DNA from: a plasmid
DNA: 64,000 nt
Sequence record: NZ_CP016173.1
Direction: 5' to 3' (one strand)
The notes beneath the pieces were generated by a model. That model made no database searches. It saw nothing but the letters and a program-made list of their open reading frames with translations, and had not been told where the DNA came from. A program made the translations under genes and the position numbers. Each line of letters begins with the position of its first letter. Position 1 is the first letter of the stretch. Shown here in pieces: positions 44,501 through 54,450 of this stretch.

Positions 44501-44779
44501 CTACATGCGCATACCGCCACACGCAATGCAATGTTCCGTCCACTCCGAATTCGGCCTGATATCGAACATGACATGCGGCGCGGTACGGATGGCCTCACGC
44601 GCCTGCGCCTCATTATCAAAGCGCACAGGCAGATGCCAGCCCGCAAGCTCCCGTTCGTAGGGCTCGCACAACGTCGAGCCGGGACCATCCGCGATACTCC
44701 ATCCTCCCGTGCTCAGCTCCACGGCGTAAATGCCACCGTCGAATTCGACCGCTTGCACGTAGTCATTGGTTCCGCGCAT
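44501..44779 (-). CDS. hypothetical protein (92 aa)
   Basis: Compact ORF. CIACGG C-terminus. Confidence 0.45.
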   Translation of the reverse strand: MRGTNDYVQAVEFDGGIYAVELSTGGWSIADGPGSTLCEPYERELAGWHLPVRFDNEAQAREAIRTAPHVMFDIRPNSEWTEHCIACGGMRM

Positions 44780-44792
44780 CTCCCTCGCTCCA

Positions 44793-45089
44793 TTAATCTA
44801 ACGTCAGCTCATCGTCGTTTTGCTGGCCTTCAAGGCGACGCTCGAACTCCGGCATGGCCAGCACCGTTGCATCGGAGGGGATGATGGAAAGCGAACGCAG
44901 ATAATCGGTCAGCCCGGACACATCGCGTTTGTCTCGCATGAAACCATCATCAAAGATGCTGGCCTCGTCATCGTCCAAGCGACCGCCCGCGCGAATTTCG
45001 TACACTGTGCGCCCATCCACGTCACGCACGTCGGCCAGGAAATCGCCACGCTCATCAAGGTCGATGTAGTAGCCATAGATTGCAGCCAT
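44793..45089 (-). CDS. hypothetical acidic protein (98 aa)
   Basis: Compact ORF downstream of the large zincin-like gene. Confidence 0.45.
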   Translation of the reverse strand: MAAIYGYYIDLDERGDFLADVRDVDGRTVYEIRAGGRLDDDEASIFDDGFMRDKRDVSGLTDYLRSLSIIPSDATVLAMPEFERRLEGQQNDDELTLD

Positions 45090-45114
45090 GATTATTTTCC
45101 TTCATTGGTATGAG

Positions 45115-48100
45115 TTACGGCTCAAGCACGGCTTCTTGCTCAGCTTCCTTCAAGCAAGCAAGCCGGTATTCGGCCATGAGCGCATCAAAGAATGCAGCAA
45201 GATCCCGTCTGTCCTCGCCCGTAGGATTCGGATTGCCCACGGGGTGCTCGGCGTAGCGCGCCTCATCGGAACCGAACACCAGGTAATCGCTACGCCCGCC
45301 TGCCTCGGTTATCTTATCGATCACGTAGGCGGCGCCCGCGCGCGCGAACAGCTCTCGCGTCGTCGCCCAGTATGGGCTTGATCGGGTCTTGTCGAGCTTT
45401 TCGGCCTCCTTCACAAACTCCGAAGGCAAGCAGTTAGATCGGCCACGGAACGCCGCAGGCAACTCCACCCCCAGATCTTTGGCCGCTTTCACCGACACAA
45501 CCTTCGCCAGATTAGTCATCATGAACTGCAGGTTGCCCTCGATCTTGCCCTTCACCTTGGTGAGTGCCGACTTCGACGTGCAATGGGCACGCAGCGTCTG
45601 GTACACCTTGTCGGCGAAGTCAAACTGTCGCGAGAAATTTACCGCGCCGTCGTCGCGAAAGCCGTCTTGCGCGAAATCCGGCCGCGAGCGTGCGGCCTCA
45701 ATATGCCGGCGCGCCTCGTCGTAGAGCGCAGCCTCCGCGTTCTCATACTCGGCCTGCAAAACGTCGAAAAGCCTGTCCCGCACCTCCTGCGGCTGACCGT
45801 AGAGCCAACTACGGGTGTATTCCAGGCCCTTTTTGGCATTGGCCTCGGTCCGCTCCAGGATCTCATGCGCCTGGGCCAGGCGCCTATGCATCCGTCCGGA
45901 TAGATTTGCCATCACGGTCCCCGTGCCTACGACCGCTTCGCTTAGGTATCCGCGTTCGCCCCCGAGGTGGTGATCCAACGCGTGCATCCACTCGTGAGCA
46001 AGAAAACCAGCGCCATTCATCCGGGTCAGATTGATAACCCGCCTTGCCGGCTCATAGTGCGCGAGCGCGGCGTTCCTTCCGCCGCTTCCTCGCGAGCCGA
46101 ACGCCACCCCCAAGTTGCCCCCCAAGGACAACCCCTTGGGCGGCACCTTCAGCGCTGCGGCCAGGTCGCAAAGGGCGTCAAACGCCATATTGAGCACCTG
46201 TTGCCGCTCATCCTGAGGCAGCCAGTTCCCAAACTCCACGCCCCGAAAACCGAAATGCTCCAGCAGATCGTCTGCCTGGATATCGCGACCACCCCGCCAG
46301 TCCTGGCCAGATCGCTCCACCCGATCCAGGTGCGGCCGATGCAGCTCTCGGTCCACCTCCGCCTTGGCCTTCTCCTCGTCGCGCTTCTCTTGGGTTTTCT
46401 CGGCCTTCGGCTTGATCATCGACCGCCACTTCTCATCTTCCGTCGGTTCTCGGTTCCAGATCTCGATCTTGCGCCGAATCTCGCGATACACCTGAGAGGG
46501 AGTGCGCCCATTGCTGCCGCTGTAGAACACGTCACAGGCCTTTGATCCCCATTGCACCTGTATCGGCCTGCCGAAGATAGTATTTGTGGGATTGCCCTCG
46601 TGGTCTCGGTTTCCGATGACGAATAGCTCTTTGCAGGCAGCGTTGAAGTCGTCCAACGTCTTCACCGTCGCCATACGGTCACGCACGATGGATATGGCTT
46701 TGATGTAAAGGGCGTCCGCCTCGCTGTTATCCGAGGGAGTCGCGTAAAAAGTCGAGCCCCTACGGGTAGGCGCGGGCAACAGTTTGTCTTTGACGACCTT
46801 TATTCCAAGCGCTGCCTCGGCCTGGACGCCATCAGCGCGCATCGCCGCATAGTCCAATGGAGCCCAGATATTTTTCTTGACCACATACAAATCGCGTTCT
46901 GCCTCGTTCATCACCTCCAAGTCGTCGGCGACCATCGCACGTTTGGCGAAATCCTTTCTTGCTCCACCAATCTTTTCGCCCGCATCTTCATGACGGACCT
47001 TCTTCTCTTTGGATGGGTTAACCACCTGGCCATCCGACACGGACGTACTATTCTCCGAGCTGGCCGTAAAGCCACTCGCAGCTCCGCGTACGACATTCGA
47101 CACCGCCGCGAGCTCTTCGCGCGCCAAGGCCTGCGCATGCTCACCCATGAGTTCGTGGCCGCGCGCAAGCGCCTTGTTGAGATCGGCCTGCAGGGCTGTG
47201 ACTTCATCATCGCGCAAGCTCGCATAACGGGCGCACAGGCGCGACAGCCAATACATGGCGCCTGACTCCATCTCGATCAAGGGCTTGGCACGGAAGGTGC
47301 CGCGACGCTCGTGCTCCATCCCGTCGGAGAGATCGGACAATCCGGATGTCACAACCGTGGGGTACTTTTCGCAAAGCTCCGCGTGCGCTCCTGCGACTTC
47401 AGTAATAGATCCCCATAGAAAATCCGGCAACTCAAGCGAAGCGGGGTTCGCTGCCCACGCCCTCCACTGCGCCATGTTGCGCTTCACGATTTGCCCGATA
47501 GCGTGCGCTTCGCGTAGCGCCCCGGCAATTACGCCATTCTTGACCACACCAAGATAGTGGGCAGGGTCAGCGTCCATGAGCTCGTGCACATATCGCACAT
47601 CTTGGAGGGCCTGTATCTGTCCTTTGTCCGATACCCAGAGCGGCAGAGCATAGGGAAGATCGACCTTCTCTATCTCCCCAGGACGCCAGCCGTCTGCCAG
47701 CGCCGTGGACTCATCCACATAGAAAGGCACCAGCGCGTTGGTGCGGTAGCCCGCAGCATTCAGCGCGTGGCGCACTTGTGACGCGTTGCCCAAGCCACGC
47801 CGGGTAATGAGCGGATTGGCTCGCTCACTGGCTCGCTGTGCCTTCCAGAACTCTTCGATAGACTGCGCCTCGTCCCACGGACGGTTGAAGGGATTGATCT
47901 TCGGCGTCCACACGCCGACAGCCTCTATCGCAAGCACGTCGCGCACGAAGGCGTGCCAGATCTGCGGCATGTCGGGCACAGGCGCCGTCCGTAGCGCAAT
48001 GTCCTCGACATCCATTTCCTTCAGATCACCCGCATCCACGCCTGGCACTAAGGCCTGGATATCTCTCAGGGTGAACTGCGAACGGGCAGACATAAAGCGC

Positions 48101-48366
48101 GTCGCGCGCACTGCGCCACCGTCAGGCGAGGGCTCGTACACCACCAGCGACTTATCGCCAAACCCCAGCCGCTCGCACGTGTTCAACCATGCTTCCTGCA
48201 ACGCGGCGCGGTGTGCCTGGGTCCGATCCCACTTCCAGTGGGCAGTAAAGGCCTCTTGGTCGAACACGTCCAGACATGTAAGGGATGCGCCGCGCAACGG
48301 CGATTTCGGCAAAACCCTAAGCTTTGCGCCAAACCGTGAAAGATCAAACCACCTCACCGTTGCCAC
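45115..48366 (-). CDS. large protein with zincin-like HExxH region (…GFLAHEWMHALDHH…), polyvalent-protein-like (1083 aa)
   Basis: Central …GGRDIQADDLLEHFGFRGVEFGNWLPQDERQQVLNMAFDALCDLAAAL…NGAGFLAHEWMHALDHHLGGERGY… with an HExxH motif. Lys/Glu-rich linker. Large multi-domain architecture typical of transferred 'polyvalent' proteins of conjugative elements and phages. Confidence 0.65.
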   Translation of the reverse strand: MATVRWFDLSRFGAKLRVLPKSPLRGASLTCLDVFDQEAFTAHWKWDRTQAHRAALQEAWLNTCERLGFGDKSLVVYEPSPDGGAVRATRFMSARSQFTLRDIQALVPGVDAGDLKEMDVEDIALRTAPVPDMPQIWHAFVRDVLAIEAVGVWTPKINPFNRPWDEAQSIEEFWKAQRASERANPLITRRGLGNASQVRHALNAAGYRTNALVPFYVDESTALADGWRPGEIEKVDLPYALPLWVSDKGQIQALQDVRYVHELMDADPAHYLGVVKNGVIAGALREAHAIGQIVKRNMAQWRAWAANPASLELPDFLWGSITEVAGAHAELCEKYPTVVTSGLSDLSDGMEHERRGTFRAKPLIEMESGAMYWLSRLCARYASLRDDEVTALQADLNKALARGHELMGEHAQALAREELAAVSNVVRGAASGFTASSENSTSVSDGQVVNPSKEKKVRHEDAGEKIGGARKDFAKRAMVADDLEVMNEAERDLYVVKKNIWAPLDYAAMRADGVQAEAALGIKVVKDKLLPAPTRRGSTFYATPSDNSEADALYIKAISIVRDRMATVKTLDDFNAACKELFVIGNRDHEGNPTNTIFGRPIQVQWGSKACDVFYSGSNGRTPSQVYREIRRKIEIWNREPTEDEKWRSMIKPKAEKTQEKRDEEKAKAEVDRELHRPHLDRVERSGQDWRGGRDIQADDLLEHFGFRGVEFGNWLPQDERQQVLNMAFDALCDLAAALKVPPKGLSLGGNLGVAFGSRGSGGRNAALAHYEPARRVINLTRMNGAGFLAHEWMHALDHHLGGERGYLSEAVVGTGTVMANLSGRMHRRLAQAHEILERTEANAKKGLEYTRSWLYGQPQEVRDRLFDVLQAEYENAEAALYDEARRHIEAARSRPDFAQDGFRDDGAVNFSRQFDFADKVYQTLRAHCTSKSALTKVKGKIEGNLQFMMTNLAKVVSVKAAKDLGVELPAAFRGRSNCLPSEFVKEAEKLDKTRSSPYWATTRELFARAGAAYVIDKITEAGGRSDYLVFGSDEARYAEHPVGNPNPTGEDRRDLAAFFDALMAEYRLACLKEAEQEAVLEP

Positions 48367-48405
48367 GACTATTCCCCCCTCACCTGGTCACACCACTACA
48401 CGCTG

Positions 48406-48792
48406 TCAATCACACAGTACGGACACTCCGGCCAGGGCCAGGGTGCCTTCAAGACGCCGTAAAAACCGCTGCGCTCCGCATTGCTTTCCATCAATCAAGA
48501 TGGACTGCACCTGACCGAACGTGCCCTCTTCGCGGTTCCACTGTGCCTTGAAACCAGCTGTCGGATGACGGCTAGACTCATCCTGCACACCGAGCTCGAT
48601 CCGGACGCTGGGGCGAATGTCACCAGGGTCAGTGCATAACGAGAACGACACATAGGCCTCGCCGCAATCAAATGTGCGCTCGACCTCAGACCAGTCATCG
48701 TCAGCAGAATCAAACGCGCATTCAAGGACGATGCGCTCGATGCTCCTGAGCGCTTGCCGAACATCGGCTACCAATTCCAGCTCAAGGCTCAT
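48406..48792 (-). CDS. hypothetical protein (128 aa)
   Basis: ORF trimmed to MSLELELVADVRQ… with a G-rich RBS. Confidence 0.45.
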   Translation of the reverse strand: MSLELELVADVRQALRSIERIVLECAFDSADDDWSEVERTFDCGEAYVSFSLCTDPGDIRPSVRIELGVQDESSRHPTAGFKAQWNREEGTFGQVQSILIDGKQCGAQRFLRRLEGTLALAGVSVLCD

Positions 48793-50188
48793 AGTCAGCC
48801 CCCCGATCCTGCTCGGGCTCAGCATTGCGGCCCCGAAGGAATTCAGCCACCCCTTCGAGCATTTCCCTGATCTTGAGCGCAATCCGCTCTATGGCTTCAC
48901 GGAACCGCTCTGCATGGGATTTCTGTTCGCCCGCAAAGACTGGGCTTTGGGTAACAAGCCCTTCCATCTTCTCGCGTGTCCCCTCAAAGCGCATACGCAT
49001 ATCGTCATAATCAGGGTTCTGGCCCGTCTCCAGGTTTAGCAGTTCCTCGCTGCCTCGCCCATATTGACGTATCCAGCTCTCCAGGGCCCGATCCATCCCC
49101 TTCTTGCTCTCTTGGGCATCCTGGCTTTCGCCCACTGCCTCAATAAACTGCGTGCGAAGACCTTCCAACTCACCACCCGGAACCATCTTCGCCATCACGT
49201 CGGCCACATTGGCGCCGGTCTGGCTTGCGTGCTCTTCGATCGCACGGCGGACATCAGGCAGCTTGCCGCTGGACCAGAACTTCGTCAGCGAGCTCTCGTA
49301 GGCATTGGCCATTTTCTCGGCCTGCTCCACGCGGTACTGCGAGATCTTGGGCAGCACCGAAATTCCAGGCGCAACGCGCGGAGTACCCTCAGTTGCACCC
49401 AAGCGCGCCTGACGCCGCGCCTCGACATCCGAGGCGATGCCACGCGCTGCGTTGCCGATGCCGCGCCCCACGGCCCCTGCCAGCGCCGCCACGCCTCCAA
49501 CCAACCCCAGCCCCCCTTCAGCGAGGTTCCGCAACCCAGATTGCGCTGCTTGCGCGCCTTCCCCTGCCGCCGTCGGCGCACTGCTCGCGGCCACCCCCGA
49601 CATGCCCGCGCCTGGCGACGGGTGGGACTGCGGCTGCTGTGGCGCCGCTGCTTGCGCTGCGGCAAGCAGCGCCTTGATGAGCTCCGGGTCCACAACCCCT
49701 TCAGGCAGAGCTTGGCCGTCATCCGGTGCATTGTCGCCAGGCGCCGTAGGGGTGGAGGCCCGCGCATCAGCTGTGGACGTGGCACGGGCCTTCTCAGGCA
49801 GAACAACATCCTCCAACTCGATTCTGCGTTCACCGTTTATCCACCGTTCCTGCGTACCATCAGCACGTGTCACGGCGGGCCCATTCTCACGATGCAGCTT
49901 TCCATTCTGGAACCACTGTTCCTCACGGGTGCCGTCCGGGAATACCTTGATCAAGGCAGGGGCGCCATCCCGATGGATATGCTCTCCCGCGTACCAGGTC
50001 TCCACGCTAGTGCCGTCGGCCAATGTCTCGCGGGTGACCGGCTCGGCGCGGCGCGTCGAGCCGGGATCCTTCGTATCGGCTTCCCCCTGCGCTTCACGTG
50101 GCTTCATCTCGGGCGCATCTTTGGGGATGAAATCCGGCATGGAGCCGGGCTTCAACTCGTTGCCGTCATCATCGTGGTCCGGTGCCAT
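48782..50188 (-). CDS. protein with MORN-like repeats and Ala/Gly-rich low-complexity linker (468 aa)
   Basis: ORF begins with TTG. Trimmed to the ATG at 50188 with an AAGGAA RBS. Repeats …TWYAGEHIHRDGAPALIKVFPDGTREEQWFQNGKLHRENGPAVTRADGTQERWINGER…. Confidence 0.6.
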   Translation of the reverse strand: MAPDHDDDGNELKPGSMPDFIPKDAPEMKPREAQGEADTKDPGSTRRAEPVTRETLADGTSVETWYAGEHIHRDGAPALIKVFPDGTREEQWFQNGKLHRENGPAVTRADGTQERWINGERRIELEDVVLPEKARATSTADARASTPTAPGDNAPDDGQALPEGVVDPELIKALLAAAQAAAPQQPQSHPSPGAGMSGVAASSAPTAAGEGAQAAQSGLRNLAEGGLGLVGGVAALAGAVGRGIGNAARGIASDVEARRQARLGATEGTPRVAPGISVLPKISQYRVEQAEKMANAYESSLTKFWSSGKLPDVRRAIEEHASQTGANVADVMAKMVPGGELEGLRTQFIEAVGESQDAQESKKGMDRALESWIRQYGRGSEELLNLETGQNPDYDDMRMRFEGTREKMEGLVTQSPVFAGEQKSHAERFREAIERIALKIREMLEGVAEFLRGRNAEPEQDRGADYEP

Positions 50189-50212
50189 CTTCAATTTCCT
50201 TATCAATACTGT

Positions 50213-51349
50213 TCACTTAATCTGATTGACTTCTTCACGCCCCGCGACATCCGCATTGCGCTGCGCCTCCGCAGACAGCCGATTCGACCGCGCGGCGGTT
50301 AGTGCAGCGAGCAGTGCATTGATTCGCTCCTTCTTGCGGAGGATTTCCGCATCCAACCGCGTGGAGACGCCCTCGGCCAGGTTGTAATCCACCCAGAGCG
50401 CACGACTCGATACCTGTGTAAGGTTCGTGTTCCACTGCGCCGATGCAAAGCGACGCATACCTTCAGTCTGCAACATCTCAAATGGGCTCATAGCGTCATA
50501 CTCGCCCAAAGGCGGCTGCGGCAGCGCTCCATAGCCGTCACTATCGGAAAGCCGCGTCGCAGGCGACTGTCCTGCCGCTTGCGCCGCTTTCGCATCCATG
50601 TTGGCCGCTGCAACGGCAACATCGTCAAACTGCGCATTTGGCGCTACGCCACCATCCGGCACATCGCCGAAGAGGATGTCGTGCTGCGCCTTTGTATCGC
50701 GGCCCAGAATGGGGTACTGCTCCGGATGACCGTCTTCGATCGGAAAGGTCGCGCAGAAGTACGGGGCAGGATCCGTGCGCCACCCCAAGCCGGAGGCCTG
50801 GTTCACAACGGACGGCAACTGCGCCGGATCGAATGGGCCGAGCTGCGCTTTCTCACTGAACGCCTTCGCGCGAGCTTCGTCGCGCTGGGCGGTGCCGTAC
50901 TCGAAGTGCAGATGCTTTGCCATGCTCGTGGCGGGCGTGTTGCCCGAGATGCCGATTTGCTGACCGGCCCTGATCTTCGCTCCTGGCTTGATGCCGTCGG
51001 CAAACCCCGCCAAATGGAAATAGCTCACCACATCGCCATTATCGCGCTTGATAAAAACCATGTTGCCTGCGGACTGGCTAAAACTCGCAACCGTCACTAC
51101 CCCATCGGTGGTCGCATACAGCGGCTGCGATTGCCCGCTGGTCGAGAAATCCAACCCGCTGTGGATGTGCGGGGTCTGGACGGCCGAACCATGATTGCCG
51201 GCCCCACCCGGGCGAAACTTACCGAATCGACCCGAAACTACCTCCTTCTGCGTCGGCGGAATCATGCAGGTGGACTGCGCTTGCGCTTGGCTTGTCACCA
51301 AGGCCAGGAATGTCACAAGAACCGTCGCCGCAGTCCTCAAGCGCATCAC
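50213..51349 (-). CDS. secreted M23-family (LytM-like) metallopeptidase
   Basis: Signal peptide MMRLRTAATVLVTFLALVTSQAQA. Catalytic motifs HSGLDFS…, GNMVFIKRDNGDVVSYFHL, and …ISGNTPATSMAKHLHFEY. Confidence 0.85.
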   Translation of the reverse strand: MMRLRTAATVLVTFLALVTSQAQAQSTCMIPPTQKEVVSGRFGKFRPGGAGNHGSAVQTPHIHSGLDFSTSGQSQPLYATTDGVVTVASFSQSAGNMVFIKRDNGDVVSYFHLAGFADGIKPGAKIRAGQQIGISGNTPATSMAKHLHFEYGTAQRDEARAKAFSEKAQLGPFDPAQLPSVVNQASGLGWRTDPAPYFCATFPIEDGHPEQYPILGRDTKAQHDILFGDVPDGGVAPNAQFDDVAVAAANMDAKAAQAAGQSPATRLSDSDGYGALPQPPLGEYDAMSPFEMLQTEGMRRFASAQWNTNLTQVSSRALWVDYNLAEGVSTRLDAEILRKKERINALLAALTAARSNRLSAEAQRNADVAGREEVNQIK

Positions 51350-52536
51350 TTGATCCCCCGCCGTGCAGCATCTTTCGCTGCCTGGGTAGCGTCGGCCTGG
51401 ACCCGTGCTGCGCCGACCGCGCTATTGGACTGAGCCTCGGCAGCCAGGAGCGCGGCCAGATTGGCCTCGATGCGCTCATACTGGCGCAACTGGCGCGCTT
51501 GTATGGCCAAGTCAAGCGCCTTGATTTTCAGGTTCTCTATCAGCGCGCCGCGCTCATTTTGAGCGGCCATCACACGCGACCAGGCCTCATTGGCGTCAGA
51601 CCCACCAGCATAGCGGGCGACTTCATCACGGAACATCTGCGACAGCGGCACGCCTTTCCCCGTCTCATCACCTTCAACGCCGGAATGCTCAAGCTGAATC
51701 GACTTGAAGGACGCCACCGCAGGCGACAACACCGCGTCTTTTCGCGCTTTTGCAAGCATGTAGGCCTCTTGCGCTGGACCCTTCAACGTATCAAGGGGAG
51801 GATCCGGCAAACCTACGATGTTGTTGATGAAAGCGTTCTTCGCTTGATATGTTGCGTCTCCCTCATCAGCGGTGTCGAACAGGGTTGCCAGTGACATGCT
51901 GGCCCCGGGCGTAGCCCCAATCGATGTACACAGCCCGGCTTTGACCATATCCGCCGTGCAGGACGCTTGATTGTCCTTGAAGAGCTGCGCCGCCGCTTCC
52001 ACTCGCGAGGCATAGCGACCCGGTGCCGCCATCACTTCAGACTGAATGCGTGAATTGAGCTGCCCTGCCATATCCGCATCGCGACTGGCCATGACGGAAC
52101 GCGTCGCATAGACCTCACACGGCGAGAATCCTTGACCGAACTCCCCACCATAATCAAATCGCGCCGCCTTCACGCGTTCGGTCTGCGCGATGACGCCGAG
52201 TCCGGTCGCAACCTGCTGTGCCGTCGTCCGATTCACGTCGGCCAACTGGCTCGCCGCTAACGCCTTTTGCTTCGTAAGAACGGCCACCGCAGAAGTCAAG
52301 CGTTCGCTTTGAAATTGCAACTGCGCCGAGAGAGACGAATCCACAGATTGCAAGGCTGCATTGAGCACTTGTGTTGCGTTGGCGAACTGCGGTTCAACCC
52401 AGCTATTTTCGTACTGCGGAGGGCAGACTGCGGCCCGCGCTATCGTGGATGCCCCGATTCCGATAGCGATCAAAATCCCGAGCCGCGTGCATTTCGCGAC
52501 GGCTACGAGTTTCGGCGTCACCCGGATTGCCATCAT
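51346..52536 (-). CDS. secreted protein, paralogue 1 of 3 (396 aa)
   Basis: Signal peptide. C-terminal …RQLRQYERIEANLAALLAAEAQ… shared with the next gene. ATGA coupling. Confidence 0.65.
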   Translation of the reverse strand: MMAIRVTPKLVAVAKCTRLGILIAIGIGASTIARAAVCPPQYENSWVEPQFANATQVLNAALQSVDSSLSAQLQFQSERLTSAVAVLTKQKALAASQLADVNRTTAQQVATGLGVIAQTERVKAARFDYGGEFGQGFSPCEVYATRSVMASRDADMAGQLNSRIQSEVMAAPGRYASRVEAAAQLFKDNQASCTADMVKAGLCTSIGATPGASMSLATLFDTADEGDATYQAKNAFINNIVGLPDPPLDTLKGPAQEAYMLAKARKDAVLSPAVASFKSIQLEHSGVEGDETGKGVPLSQMFRDEVARYAGGSDANEAWSRVMAAQNERGALIENLKIKALDLAIQARQLRQYERIEANLAALLAAEAQSNSAVGAARVQADATQAAKDAARRGIK

Positions 52537-53681
52537 TTCACCTCGCCGCGCACTGCGCCCTTGCGAGCAAGCTCATGCTCGGCCACCGGATCCTGCGCGC
52601 TGCGATCAGCGGCAAGGACCAACAACGCCGCCAAGTTAGCCTCGATTCGTTCACCCTGTTCATACTGCCGCTGACGCACCCAGGCCTGGAGCCCTGCCAT
52701 CTTCGCATGCTCCACCAACAGGCCTCGCGTACTTTGCCGCGCCATGGAGCCGGACCATTCCTTCGCTTCACTGCCACCAAAGTATTGGTTCACGCGCAAG
52801 GCCAGAACTTCGTTGGGAGACTTCCCACCATATTCCGGGCTCTGCGTGTTGGCCGCATCGATCATGGCTAGGCTATAAGCCGGGATCGATTTCATGGCCG
52901 ATTCCCGAGCCACTGCTACGGTCAACGGCTCTTTGGCCACATCACCCGCTTTTTTCACCGTCTCCGGTATGGCAATAGGCTCTCCGACCACGTTCTGAAT
53001 GTACGCCTGCCTGGCCTTTGCCTTCAGCGTGTCGGGCGAGGCTGGCTCGAACAATAAGGCTGCATTGAGATCGCCTCCTGGAAGTTCGCTCACTGAGCAC
53101 AATCCGGCCTTCGCCTCGTCGGGAGTGCAAAAATTCTTCTGGTGATCTGCCAGCCTGGCGACCGCTGGCGATACCCCGGACCCTGAGGAAAAGACCCGAC
53201 CAGGCGCGACATCCAGCGAAGCAAGCTTCGCTTTGGCGGCATCCGCTGCGCCTGAGAACGCTTGAACAAGCGTCTTGTTCTTTGCCATCGTTCCGCAGGG
53301 ATCGTAGCCCTGGCCGGTCGCTGGATTGAAAGCCAGATAGGCCTTAGCGGTTTGGTCGCTCAACCGTTGAGCGCGAACCGCATTCACCAACTGCCGTGCA
53401 GCTTCACGAGTGCCGTCGGCCACCACGCTGGCCGACAACGCCTCCTGAGAGGTCGCAACCGAGATCGCGGAAATGATCTGCTCGAACTTGTTCTGCATCT
53501 GAGTGGCAAACGATGCCCCGAACGAGGCAATATTTCCAGATACTTCCGAAGTTTCCTTGGCGATCTCCTGGATCGTCCAGGTTTCGGCAGGACCACCGCC
53601 GTATATAGCCGCGTGAGCACCTTGGGCCGACGTACACAGGGCGCATATCAGGATCCACCGGGACGCTTTGCGAATCATCAT
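52533..53681 (-). CDS. secreted protein, paralogue 2 of 3 (382 aa)
   Basis: Signal peptide MMIRKASRWILICALCTSAQGAHA. Shares …KAGLC…, …QNVVGEP/IVGLPDP… and the C-terminal QYEQGERIEANLAALL with paralogue 1. Confidence 0.65.
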   Translation of the reverse strand: MMIRKASRWILICALCTSAQGAHAAIYGGGPAETWTIQEIAKETSEVSGNIASFGASFATQMQNKFEQIISAISVATSQEALSASVVADGTREAARQLVNAVRAQRLSDQTAKAYLAFNPATGQGYDPCGTMAKNKTLVQAFSGAADAAKAKLASLDVAPGRVFSSGSGVSPAVARLADHQKNFCTPDEAKAGLCSVSELPGGDLNAALLFEPASPDTLKAKARQAYIQNVVGEPIAIPETVKKAGDVAKEPLTVAVARESAMKSIPAYSLAMIDAANTQSPEYGGKSPNEVLALRVNQYFGGSEAKEWSGSMARQSTRGLLVEHAKMAGLQAWVRQRQYEQGERIEANLAALLVLAADRSAQDPVAEHELARKGAVRGEVK

Positions 53682-53682
53682 C

Positions 53683-54450
53683 TTACTGTCCTGTCAACAC
53701 GGGAACGCGCCGGTCGGTCACCTGACCGACAAGCGAATTTGCAGCGAGCGAACTCATTGCTGCCAACCGCATCTGATTCGCGGCAGCACCTTGGCAGGCA
53801 GCACTTGAACAATCCACAGCCGCACTTGCGCGGACATCCGTCAGCATTGCAGTGTAGGCATAGCCTGCGAGCTCCCCTTCAGGGGACAGCGTTGATTGCG
53901 AGAAGGCACCAGCGTAATTGCTATCCCAACCTTGCATGGCATTCGGCACGAGGTCGCATGCACCACTCCTGGCCTCCGACACCGTGCAGTAGGTGTTCTT
54001 TCGCTGCGCGATGATGGCCGCATCCGCCTTCGCCTGCGAGCTTACCCGTGAGCTTGAAAAGCTTTGCATAAGCCTGGTCGCATCACGATCTCGCTGTCCC
54101 AAAGCCTCTACGCGCAATGCGCCCTCCGTCTGTGCCTCGCACAGCAGCGTGCTCGGTTGTCCCACCGCTGGGTCCACCGACACAACGGCATTACCCACTC
54201 GCTCTGACATCTCGATAGCGCCGATCGCCGACGCAAGCAAGCTTTCCGATCGCACGCGGCTATCGTTCTGTTGCTGCGCTGACACTGCCGTCTGCTGTGT
54301 TGTGACCGACCAGGACGAGGCCTCGCCTCGCAAGGTGTTCACAAACGTGACCACGGACTCCCAGGAGAGAGCAGCGGCACTTGCCGGCGAAGCTGCAAGC
54401 CATCCCAACATAAGCGCGATGGCGAGTCGTTTGTAATTCATCGCCATCAT
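53683..54450 (-). CDS. secreted protein, shorter paralogue 3 (255 aa)
   Basis: Signal peptide MMAMNYKRLAIALMLGWLAASPASA. Related Ser/Ala/Gln-rich composition with conserved Cys pairs. Confidence 0.55.
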   Translation of the reverse strand: MMAMNYKRLAIALMLGWLAASPASAAALSWESVVTFVNTLRGEASSWSVTTQQTAVSAQQQNDSRVRSESLLASAIGAIEMSERVGNAVVSVDPAVGQPSTLLCEAQTEGALRVEALGQRDRDATRLMQSFSSSRVSSQAKADAAIIAQRKNTYCTVSEARSGACDLVPNAMQGWDSNYAGAFSQSTLSPEGELAGYAYTAMLTDVRASAAVDCSSAACQGAAANQMRLAAMSSLAANSLVGQVTDRRVPVLTGQ

